A DNA stretch of 64,000 bases. It comes from Planctomycetota bacterium (GTDB lineage: Bacteria; Planctomycetota; UBA1135; UBA2386). Below are positions 28,508-37,034 of the stretch, piece after piece. The stretch covers positions 1,056,001 to 1,120,000 of the forward strand of contig JBKAGP010000001.1 in NCBI GenBank assembly GCA_046290465.1. Reading direction: 5' to 3'. The notes beneath the pieces are model-generated. The model had not been told where the DNA came from, searched no databases, and worked only from the letters and a program-made list of their open reading frames with translations. The position numbers and the translations under genes are program-made. The stretch's first letter is position 1; each line of letters begins with the position of its first letter.

Positions 28508-29542
28508 ATGACCCGCACCTCGCCACCCACGCTCCGCCTGCTCGCAGGCTGCCTGCCTCTGCTTCTCACCATCGCGAGCGCCGCTCCGGCCGCGATCGGC
28601 CAGCACCAGCGGTCGACCCTGCAGGCCCACGGCGGATCGCACCGGTCATCGCGGCCGCAGGACGAGCAGCAACCGACCGCGGGCAACGGCACGATCGCGC
28701 GCTTCCGGCGCGCGCACGGCGACTTCTTCGCCGGCTCGGGCGTGCGCGCGCCGATCCGCCTCGCGTACAACTATGTGCCCGACGCCTCCCTCGAGCAGGA
28801 GCAGGGGTCGTTCGACCTGATGGAGTGGGACTTCAAGGCGACGGTGCCGATCCCGATCTCGCGCGACTGGTTCGTGGTCGGCGGTGCCCTGGCGGGCCAG
28901 CGACGCTACCAGTTCGACGGCGTGGCCGGCCTGTTCGACGAGACCCTGCACCGCTACGACCTGCGGCTCGGCGTCGGCCACTTCGTCGACGACGACCTGA
29001 TGGTCCAGGCCTACTGGCAGCCGGGTATCTACTCGGACCTCGACGGCACCCTGCACGCCGAGGACTGGCGGCTGTGGTATGCCCGCGCGTTCGCCGTCTG
29101 GCGCACCGGTGAGGACCTGTTCCTCAAGGTCGGCGCGCTCGTCACCGACGCCATCGACACGACGGCCGTGCCGGCCGCCGGCTTCGCGTGGCAGATCGAC
29201 GACCGCTGGCGGCTCGACGTGCTGCTGCCCAAGGACGCCGAACTGTCCTACCAGGCGACCGACGGCTTGCGTCTGTTCGTCGGCCTCGACGTCGAGGCGG
29301 ACGAGTACCACATCCGCAATCCGGCGGCGTTCGGCAAGATGCGCCGCAGTGTCAACGTGCAGGAGGTCTACGCGTTCGCCGGCTTCGAGCAGATGCTCGA
29401 CGCACACTTCTCATTCTTCTTCCGCGGCGGCACGACCGTCACCGGCCGCTACGAATGGGGCTACGGCCCCGGCACCCCGAACTACGAGGGCGAGCTCGAG
29501 CCCGGCTGGTTCGGCAACTTCGGCTTCGGCTTCCGCTTCTGA
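28508..29542 (+). CDS. Outer-membrane beta-barrel protein (DUF6268-like)
   Basis: Signal peptide, amphipathic beta-strands and C-terminal FGFGFRF. Confidence 0.8.
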   Translation: MTRTSPPTLRLLAGCLPLLLTIASAAPAAIGQHQRSTLQAHGGSHRSSRPQDEQQPTAGNGTIARFRRAHGDFFAGSGVRAPIRLAYNYVPDASLEQEQGSFDLMEWDFKATVPIPISRDWFVVGGALAGQRRYQFDGVAGLFDETLHRYDLRLGVGHFVDDDLMVQAYWQPGIYSDLDGTLHAEDWRLWYARAFAVWRTGEDLFLKVGALVTDAIDTTAVPAAGFAWQIDDRWRLDVLLPKDAELSYQATDGLRLFVGLDVEADEYHIRNPAAFGKMRRSVNVQEVYAFAGFEQMLDAHFSFFFRGGTTVTGRYEWGYGPGTPNYEGELEPGWFGNFGFGFRF

Positions 29543-29551
29543 TCGCCAACC

Positions 29552-30496
29552 ATGAACCGCACTGCGAACGCCCCCCACGCCGGCCGCGCCGACGCCGCGC
29601 ACCCCGCGCCAGCCGCGGCTGCTGCGGCGACCGAGCACTGTTCGGCGCTGCTCTCGATGCGACGCGACGGCGCGCGACGGCCCGACATCTTCGTTCGCTG
29701 GCGCGAACCCGCGCCCGGCGCACGGCCGGCGCGCCCCCCGGTCGTCGTCGTGCACGGCTTCGGCGAGCACTCGGGTCGCTACCTGCGCGTGCTGGACGCG
29801 ATCGCCGAAGCCGGCCACGCGGTCGTCGCCCTCGACCGACGCGGCTACGGCCGCTCCGCCGGCCGCCGCGGCTTCGTGCGCAGCTTTCACGACTACCTCG
29901 AAGACGTCGACCTGGCGCTGCAACACGCGGCGCGCCTGACCGGTGATGCGACCCGACCGATCCTGCTGGGACACAGCATGGGCGGACTGGTGGCGCTCGA
30001 CTACGCGCTCGCGCACGGCGAACGCCTGGGGGGCCTGGTCCTCAGCAGCCCGGCGCTGCGGTTCCGGGTCGAGGTGCCCGCCTGGAAGCACCTGATCGGG
30101 CTCGCCGCCTCGCGCCTCTGGCCGACGCTGTCGCTCCCGACCGGCAGGGACCCCAGCCTGCTGAGCCGGGATCCGCGCAACGAGCGGGAGATCCACGCCG
30201 ATCCGTGGATCGTCGCTCGCGCCACGGCCCGTTGGTACACCGAGAGCCGGCGAGCCCAACGCCGCGTGCTCGCTGCCGCAGGCACGCTGCAGGTGCCATC
30301 GCTGTTCCTGGTCGCCGGCGACGATCGGGTCGTCGACCCCGAAGCCACGCGCCGCTTCTACGCCGGCGTGCCGTCGTCGCAGCACAGCTGGCATCGGTTC
30401 GAAGACGGCCGCCACGAGCTGTTCCAGGAGCTGCCCGAACTGCGCGACGAGGTGCTGCGCACGATGCTGCAGTGGCTGGCCGCGCAGCGACCGTGA
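29552..30496 (+). CDS. Alpha/beta hydrolase, lysophospholipase/monoacylglycerol lipase-like
   Basis: HGFGEHSGRY, D.RG.GRS.G.RG, GHSMGG, D.VVD and HE motifs. Confidence 0.92.
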   Translation: MNRTANAPHAGRADAAHPAPAAAAAATEHCSALLSMRRDGARRPDIFVRWREPAPGARPARPPVVVVHGFGEHSGRYLRVLDAIAEAGHAVVALDRRGYGRSAGRRGFVRSFHDYLEDVDLALQHAARLTGDATRPILLGHSMGGLVALDYALAHGERLGGLVLSSPALRFRVEVPAWKHLIGLAASRLWPTLSLPTGRDPSLLSRDPRNEREIHADPWIVARATARWYTESRRAQRRVLAAAGTLQVPSLFLVAGDDRVVDPEATRRFYAGVPSSQHSWHRFEDGRHELFQELPELRDEVLRTMLQWLAAQRP

Positions 30497-30516
30497 TCCC
30501 GGCGAACCGAAGCCGA

Positions 30517-30531
30517 TGGCACGGACCTTGC
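30517..30531 (+). promoter_or_regulatory. sigma54 -24/-12 promoter
   Basis: TGGCACGGACCTTGC, one mismatch from the motif at 21399-21413. Confidence 0.65.
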
Positions 30532-30633
30532 GAAGCACCACGAGACAACGACGCGGAAGCGTAGACAGGGACAAGAGCACGCGCTTCCACGTTGGCCGTT
30601 CCCGCGTCCTGGACAGATGTCGATACGGCCCGG

Positions 30634-30681
30634 CGGGCGGGCAGGTCAGCGGGGGCTGACCTGCCCGCCCGTCTTCTTTCC
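30634..30681 (+). terminator. Intrinsic terminator or attenuator
   Basis: Perfect 17-bp stem cgggcgggcaggtcagc/gctgacctgcccgcccg, 4-nt loop, followed by tcttctttcc. Confidence 0.75.
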
Positions 30682-30696
30682 TGTTCCGACCACGAC

Positions 30697-30756
30697 CACC
30701 AACCCCAGCGCACCAACCCGGCGCACCAACCCGGCGCACCAACCCGGCGCACCAAC
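30697..30756. repeat. 13-bp tandem repeat abutting a start codon
   Basis: caccaacccggcg three times perfect, a partial copy ending at ATG 30757, and one degenerate copy upstream. Confidence 0.8.
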
Positions 30757-31203
30757 ATGGAACCCGCACCCCACTACCTCCCCGAGACGTCCGCGGGACT
30801 CGACGACCTCGTCGAGATCAGCCTCGACAGTTCCCGCGGCTTCGAGCAGGCCGCGGAGTCGATCGACGACCGCGCACTCGCCGCCCTGTTCCGCGAATGT
30901 GCAGAGGAGCGACGCGGCCACGCCGACGCGCTGCAGAGGCTGTTGCCCGGATACCACCCCACCGGGTCCTTCGAGGGCACGATGCACCGCTGGTGGCTGC
31001 AGCTGCGCGGCACGCTCACCGGCGGCGATGCGCAGGCCATCCTCGAGGAGGTCGACCGCGGTGAGCAGGAGATCCTGACGCGCTACGAAGAGGTGTTGCA
31101 GGACCACCCGGCCACCCCGTTCCACGCGCGCCTGCATCGCCTCTACCTCGAGGTGATGGAACGTCGCGACATCCTGCGCAGCCTGCGAACGGCGCGCTCG
31201 TAG
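30757..31203 (+). CDS. PA2169/DUF2383 family four-helix-bundle (ferritin-like) protein
   Basis: L.DL.EI..DS..GF..AAE, GS..G..HR.W..LR and AILEE..RGE......YEE motifs. Confidence 0.88.
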   Translation: MEPAPHYLPETSAGLDDLVEISLDSSRGFEQAAESIDDRALAALFRECAEERRGHADALQRLLPGYHPTGSFEGTMHRWWLQLRGTLTGGDAQAILEEVDRGEQEILTRYEEVLQDHPATPFHARLHRLYLEVMERRDILRSLRTARS

Positions 31204-31438
31204 CGAGCCGCCTGCGGGCGCCGCGCGCGACCGACCCAGCGCCCGCCCCCACGCGCCGGGCCGCCACCGCGCGCCAACACCCCACACCCTCGACCGGGTC
31301 AGGCCCGGGGCAAAGTGCAGAATGCGCAATCGGCCGCGCCTTCTGGCGCGCCTGCGACGGCGGCGCCAGCCGATCCTGCCGCCAACCGCGCACAGCACGA
31401 AGAGCCCCGCCACGGCACGGAAGTTGGTTGCTCAGGGC

Positions 31439-32293
31439 ATGGCCTCGCCCTCGTCCGACACCCCGGTGGCAACCCCGCGCTGCGACCCGCAGCCGCGCGG
31501 TCGCTGGATCGGCTGGCTCGGACGCATCGGCTACCTGTCGAAGACGGTCGTGTTCACCGTGCTCGCGGCGCTCAACTTCGCCGCGCTCGCCGGCTGGGCC
31601 GGACCTGCCGACGACGCGGCCGACGCCCTCGAACGCGTCGCGCAGATGTGGGCAGGTCGCGCCCTGCTCGCGGTGCTCGCCGTCGGCCTGCTGCTGCACG
31701 GCCTGTGGCTGATGTCGGACGCGGTGCTCGATCCGACCGGCCGCGGCCGCAGCGCCGGCGCCCGCTTCCGCCGCGCGTGGATGAGCCTGTTCGGCGTCGT
31801 CTACCTGATGCTCGCCGAAGCGGCATGGAGCACCAGCACCGGCCAGACCAGTCGCTCGGCGCGCAGCGTCGAAGGCATGACCCAGTGGCTGGTCGGCGAA
31901 CAACCCGGCGCCGTCGCCATCGCGCTGCTGGCGGCGACCATCCTCGGCGTCGGCATCTACCGGGTCCAAAAGGGCCTGCGCGGCTCGTTCCTGAAGCACT
32001 ACCGCATGCAGTCGACCGCCGGTCGGTCCGCCGCGAGGTGGATCGGCGGCATCGGCCTGACCGCACGCGGCATCTGGTACGGCATCCTCGCGGCCGCGCT
32101 GCTGCTCTCGATCGGCAGCGCCGCCGGGCGCGAGACCGTGCACGAGTTCGTCAGCCGCACGCTCGGCACGATCGCGGGCCCCGTCGCGCTGCTGCTGCTC
32201 GCGATCGGCACGCTGGCGTACGCCGCCTACTGCCTGATGACCTGCCTGCTTCGCGACTTCCAGGTCGGCTCCGCGCGTGACGCGCGCTCCTGA
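31439..32293 (+). CDS. DUF1206-like multi-pass membrane protein
   Basis: GRIGY..K..V, G..LL...AVGL and G..G..ARG motifs with several TM helices. Degenerate sigma54 motif at 31413-31427. Confidence 0.75.
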   Translation: MASPSSDTPVATPRCDPQPRGRWIGWLGRIGYLSKTVVFTVLAALNFAALAGWAGPADDAADALERVAQMWAGRALLAVLAVGLLLHGLWLMSDAVLDPTGRGRSAGARFRRAWMSLFGVVYLMLAEAAWSTSTGQTSRSARSVEGMTQWLVGEQPGAVAIALLAATILGVGIYRVQKGLRGSFLKHYRMQSTAGRSAARWIGGIGLTARGIWYGILAAALLLSIGSAAGRETVHEFVSRTLGTIAGPVALLLLAIGTLAYAAYCLMTCLLRDFQVGSARDARS

Positions 32294-32337
32294 GCCACCT
32301 CTGACCTTCCATCCCCACTTCCTCCACACGACCCCCC

Positions 32338-34035
32338 ATGGCCATCCTCGCATCCGCGGCCGTCAAGCTTGCCGGCAGTCTGTCCTCGTCCCGCTTCGAG
32401 AAGGCGACCTGCAACCTCCGTGAGAACCAGCAGGCGCTGCTGCAGCGCATCCTCGCGGACAACCAGGACACCGACTACGGCAAGCGGCACGGCTTCCGCG
32501 ACATCAAGACGCTGCGCGACTACGCCGAGCGGGTGCCGATCGTCGACTACGAGGACCTGCGCAGCTCGATCGCCCGCATGGCCGCCGGCGAACGCGCCGT
32601 GCTGACGCGCGAGAAGCCCGTGCTGTATGCGCAGACGTCGGGCACCACCGGCGACCCCAAGCTGATCCCGGTGACGCCCTCGTGCCAGAGCCGCAGCAAT
32701 TCGGACCAGGTCCGCACTTGGCTCTACCACGCACAGAGGGCGCACCCGACGCTGTTCCGCGGCAAGGTCGCGAGCCTCGTCAGTCCGGCGGTCGAGGGCC
32801 ACACCGAGGACGGCACGCCGTTCGGCTCGACCAGTGGCATGATGTATCGCGACCTGCCGTGGCTGATGCGGCGGTCCTACGCGCTGCCCTACGAGCTGTT
32901 CGAGGTCGACGACTACGAGGCCCGCTACTACATCGCCGGTCGGCTGTCGCTGCGCGAGCGCATCACGTTCTTCTGCACCGCCAACCCGTCGACGGTGCTG
33001 AAGCTCGCCGAGGCGATCGACGAGCACGCCGAGCAGCTGATCCGCGACATCCGCGACGGCACGATCACGCCGCCCAATCGCTTCGAGCACGGTCTCGGAC
33101 GCACGGTGTCGGTGCGTCCCGACCCCGAACTCGCCCGCAAGCTCGAACGGCACCGCTCGCAACGCGGCGGCCGCCTGCTGCCGCGCGACTACTGGCCGAA
33201 CCTCGCGCTGGTCGGCTGCTGGACCGGCGGCACCGTCGGCAGCTACGTCGACCAGCTCGACGCCTACTTCGACCCGGACGGCGAAGGCTGCCTGCACCTG
33301 CGCGACTGGGGCTACCTCGCGTCGGAGATGCGCGGCTCGGTGCCGCTCGAGGACGGCACGTCCGCCGGCGTGCTGACGGCCAACGCCAACGTGTTCGAGT
33401 TCGTGCCGACCGAGCAGGTCGCCGACGAACCCGACGACCGTAGCCAGTGGCAGACGCTCGGCGCCCACGAAGTCGAGGACGGTGGCGAGTACCACGTCAT
33501 CGTCACCACCACCGGCGGCCTGTATCGCTACGACATCAACGACATCGTGCGCGTCGACGGCTTCCACAACGACACGCCGCGGATCTCGTTCATCCGCAAG
33601 GGCAAGGGCATGACCAACCTGACCGGCGAGAAGGTCGCCGCGGACCACGTGCTGCAGGCCGTAGCGCAGGCCGGCTCGGAGCTCGGTCTCGAGATCCGCC
33701 ACTCGCAGGCGCAGGCAGAGATCGAGAACAGCCGCTACGCGTTCCTCGTCGAGCTGCACGAGGAGATCTCGGACGAACGGCAACACCGGCTGCTCGAGGC
33801 GATCGAGAAGAACCTGCGCGGCATCAACCTCGAGTACGACGGCAAGCGCAAGAGCCTGCGACTCGAGGACCCGGTGCTCTACGTGATGGCGTCCGGCTGG
33901 CACGACACGGCCGTCGAACAGGCGGCCAACACCAACACGCGGGTGTTCCAGACCAAGGTCCCCCCGTTGAAGGAGGCCGACAAGGAGACGTTGGACGAGA
34001 CCCGGGCCGAGGCGACCGCACAGGTCGATCTGTAG
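32338..34035 (+). CDS. GH3 family acyl-acid amido synthetase (ANL superfamily)
   Basis: TSGTTG.PKLIP, YLASE, FEFVP, GGLYRYDINDIV and GEK motifs. Confidence 0.92.
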   Translation: MAILASAAVKLAGSLSSSRFEKATCNLRENQQALLQRILADNQDTDYGKRHGFRDIKTLRDYAERVPIVDYEDLRSSIARMAAGERAVLTREKPVLYAQTSGTTGDPKLIPVTPSCQSRSNSDQVRTWLYHAQRAHPTLFRGKVASLVSPAVEGHTEDGTPFGSTSGMMYRDLPWLMRRSYALPYELFEVDDYEARYYIAGRLSLRERITFFCTANPSTVLKLAEAIDEHAEQLIRDIRDGTITPPNRFEHGLGRTVSVRPDPELARKLERHRSQRGGRLLPRDYWPNLALVGCWTGGTVGSYVDQLDAYFDPDGEGCLHLRDWGYLASEMRGSVPLEDGTSAGVLTANANVFEFVPTEQVADEPDDRSQWQTLGAHEVEDGGEYHVIVTTTGGLYRYDINDIVRVDGFHNDTPRISFIRKGKGMTNLTGEKVAADHVLQAVAQAGSELGLEIRHSQAQAEIENSRYAFLVELHEEISDERQHRLLEAIEKNLRGINLEYDGKRKSLRLEDPVLYVMASGWHDTAVEQAANTNTRVFQTKVPPLKEADKETLDETRAEATAQVDL

Positions 34036-34089
34036 ACGCCCCCGCATGCCTCGCGCGATCCTGTCGACCGCGCTGCCTGCGGCGGGCCA

Positions 34090-36807
34090 TCACCGCAGGT
34101 TGGCGAGGTAGCTCATCAGCACGGCGGGGTCGACGGGCTTGACCAGATGGTGGTCGAATCCGGCGTCCTGCGTCCGCCGGCGATCCGGTTCCTGGCCCCA
34201 GCCGGTCACGGCGACCAGGACCACGCCCGTGCCCCAGGCCTGCGCGCGGATGCGCTGGGCGACCTCGTAGCCGTTGAGCTTCGGCATCCCGATGTCCAGC
34301 AGCACGACGTCCGGCCGGACCTCTGCGGCCATCTCGAACGCGGCCAACCCGTCATAGGCCGTGAACGCCTGGTAGCCGCGCAGCTGCACCATCATGGTCA
34401 GGGCGTCGGCGCCGTCGCGGTTGTCGTCCACGACCAGCACCTTGAGCGACGGATGCGTCGCAACGACCTCCTCCGTCTGGACCGCGTCGGGATCGGCGGA
34501 GGCATCATGGAGCGGCAACCGGACGACGAACGTCGCGCCGTGCCCGACCCCTTCGCTGTGCACCTCGATCGAGCCCTCGTGCATCTCGAGCAACCGACGC
34601 ACCAGGGTGAGACCGATCCCGAGACCGCCGTCCGATCGTTCGAGCGCGCTGTCGAGTTGGTGGAACATCTCGAAGATGCTGTCCAGTCGATCCGCGGGGA
34701 TGCCGACCCCGTCGTCGCGGACCCGGACTTCCATCGAGGCGTGCCCGCGCACGATTTCGACGTCGATGTTGCCTCCGGGGCTGGTGTACTTCGCCGCGTT
34801 GTGCAGCAGGTTGGCGAACACCTGCGCCAGACGGACAGGGTCCCCGAACACCACCCCCTCCAAAACGGGCTCGACCAGCTCGAAGCGGTGTCCCCGCGCA
34901 TCCATGATCGGCCGGGACGCTTCGATCGCGCGGTCCAGCACGGCCCGCAGCGGCAGGGCCTCCTTCTTGAGTTCGATCTTGCCGCGCGAGATCCGTGACA
35001 CATCCATCAGGTCGTCGACCAGCCGCACCATGTGCACGAGTTGCCGCTCCATGACTTCACTCGACCGTGCGAGGACGTCGGGTCGGCCTTCGGACAGCTT
35101 GATCAGCTCCAGCGACGTCCGGATCGGAGCCAGCGGGTTGCGCAGTTCGTGGGCGAGCGTCGCCAGGAACTCGTCCTTGCGACGGTTCGCCTCCGACAGC
35201 TCCGCTGCGACGACGCGCAACTCCTCCTCGAGCGCCTTCTGCTTGGTCATGTCGAGCATCGACCCGACGACCCGAACCGGTTGGGTGCCTTCCCTCACGA
35301 TCCGCGCCCGGTCCAGCACGGTCGCATACGAGCCACCGGCGCAACGAAACCGGTAGGTCCCGGTCCACGTGCGATCGCCGCCCGCGAGCGCGAGCTCGAT
35401 GCTCTCGGCGACCGCGTCGCGATCCTCTGCGTGGATCCGTTCGCGCCACCAGCTCGAAGCGACCCGATCGCTCGCCGGGGTGTGTCCGAAACAGCGGCCC
35501 AGGCCATCGTTCCAGGTCATCTCGTCGCGAACGAGGTCCCAGTCGCGGATCGCCTCGTTGGCCGCGTCGCTCACCAGACGGAAGCGCAGTTCGCTCTCCT
35601 CCAGGTCCCGCTGCGCGCGCCGCTGCTCGGTGATGTCGACGTTCATGCCAACCCACTCCCTGACGCTGCCGTCGGGATCGAGGACCGGTACGGCACGTGC
35701 TGTCGTCCAGCGGTAGGTGCCGTCGTGGCGCCGCAGGCGGTAGTCGACGAGGTAGTTGCCGCGGCTGGCAACGGCCGCCTGCCACGCGGTGCGGGTCGCA
35801 TCTCGATCTGCTGGGTGGATCGCATCGAGCCAACCGTATTCCCGCCACTGATCGTAGGTCTGACCGGTGAACGCACGCCACGAAGGAGAGTCCCCGACCA
35901 CCTTGCCGGCAGCATCCGTGGCCCAGACGATCTGGGCGGTCGCCTCGACGAGTGCGACGTATCGCTCTTCGCTCTGTCGGCGCTGGATCTCGGCGCTGTG
36001 GCGCGCGGTCACGTCGCGCACGACGAGCACCACGCCCCAGGCCTCGCTGTCGTCGGCCGCGATCGATGCCTCGCCGTAGCTGACGAACCGCTCCTCTCCG
36101 GCCTTCGTTTCCAGGATCGCCTCCTGAGCCACAACCTCCGTTCCAGCAGTGGCGAACTCGAGCTGGTCGTGCAACGAGATCGCGGTCCGGGTCGTCGCGT
36201 CCCGCATTCGAAGCACGCGGCCGAGCGGTTCGCCCACGGCTTCGTCGCTGCTCCAACCCGTCAGCCGCTCTCCCGCCTTGTTGAGGATCGTGATGCGGCC
36301 TTCGGGGTCGGTCGCAAGGACGGCCTCGTTCAGACTCGCCAACGTCGTCGCCAAAAACTCCCTCTCGATCCGCAGCGACGTCAGCGCCTCGTCCTTCTCC
36401 GCCGTCCGGGCCGCGACCTGTGCATCCAGCTCCGCGGCCGAACGCATCGTGAGCATCGACGGCGCCGCGCGAATCAGGGTGATCGCCGTGACCCACGACA
36501 CCACCGCCGTCGCCAACTTGACGACGCCGGCAAACCGGTACGCAGGCCACCAGAAGATCGCGGCCTCGATCAGGTGGGCGGAGCCACAGAGCACGATGAA
36601 CGCCGCGAACAGCACGAACACGGACCGGAACGGCACGTCGCGGCGTCGTGCCAGCAGCCATCCCAGCGAGATCGGAATCGTGAAGTACGCCGCCCAGATC
36701 GCCAGATCCGAGAGGATGTGCAGCCACCCGTGAGCCGCCGTCCAGTGCCCACAGTGCCATCGCGGGGGAAAGTCGGACGTATCGAACAGCAGCAGCAGGA
36801 AGTCCAT
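34090..36807 (-). CDS. Hybrid histidine kinase: ETR1-like TM sensor, 3 PAS, HisKA/HATPase, receiver
   Basis: SD...AYFTIP and FIVLCGSAH. H-box LAHELRNPL. NAAKY and GLGIGL. Receiver LDIGMP. Confidence 0.93.
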   Translation of the reverse strand: MDFLLLLFDTSDFPPRWHCGHWTAAHGWLHILSDLAIWAAYFTIPISLGWLLARRRDVPFRSVFVLFAAFIVLCGSAHLIEAAIFWWPAYRFAGVVKLATAVVSWVTAITLIRAAPSMLTMRSAAELDAQVAARTAEKDEALTSLRIEREFLATTLASLNEAVLATDPEGRITILNKAGERLTGWSSDEAVGEPLGRVLRMRDATTRTAISLHDQLEFATAGTEVVAQEAILETKAGEERFVSYGEASIAADDSEAWGVVLVVRDVTARHSAEIQRRQSEERYVALVEATAQIVWATDAAGKVVGDSPSWRAFTGQTYDQWREYGWLDAIHPADRDATRTAWQAAVASRGNYLVDYRLRRHDGTYRWTTARAVPVLDPDGSVREWVGMNVDITEQRRAQRDLEESELRFRLVSDAANEAIRDWDLVRDEMTWNDGLGRCFGHTPASDRVASSWWRERIHAEDRDAVAESIELALAGGDRTWTGTYRFRCAGGSYATVLDRARIVREGTQPVRVVGSMLDMTKQKALEEELRVVAAELSEANRRKDEFLATLAHELRNPLAPIRTSLELIKLSEGRPDVLARSSEVMERQLVHMVRLVDDLMDVSRISRGKIELKKEALPLRAVLDRAIEASRPIMDARGHRFELVEPVLEGVVFGDPVRLAQVFANLLHNAAKYTSPGGNIDVEIVRGHASMEVRVRDDGVGIPADRLDSIFEMFHQLDSALERSDGGLGIGLTLVRRLLEMHEGSIEVHSEGVGHGATFVVRLPLHDASADPDAVQTEEVVATHPSLKVLVVDDNRDGADALTMMVQLRGYQAFTAYDGLAAFEMAAEVRPDVVLLDIGMPKLNGYEVAQRIRAQAWGTGVVLVAVTGWGQEPDRRRTQDAGFDHHLVKPVDPAVLMSYLANLR

Positions 36808-37034
36808 GGAGGCGGTCTCGATGCGTGTCGTCCACGCGCCAAGGAACGCAGGCAGAGGCTCGACCGAACACCGCCGAGTTGGCCCGCACACCCGTCATAC
36901 CCCGGCACCCGGGCAACCCGGCACAGCAACTTGCCGAGCCAGTTGCAGCGGCCTGGCTTCGACGCGGCGAGGCGCATGCACGGCATCACCCGACCGCCGC
37001 CCCACGCCCCCACCGTCCTCCGAATCCCGACGGC

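Noticed and set aside
30697..30756. Short repeats as a CRISPR array (also 14938-14969 and 28408-28442)
   Set aside because: The repeats are contiguous with no spacers, and no cas genes are present.
36919..36941. sigma54-like motifs upstream of the hybrid kinase
   Set aside because: GG-to-GC spacing is 11 rather than the required 10.
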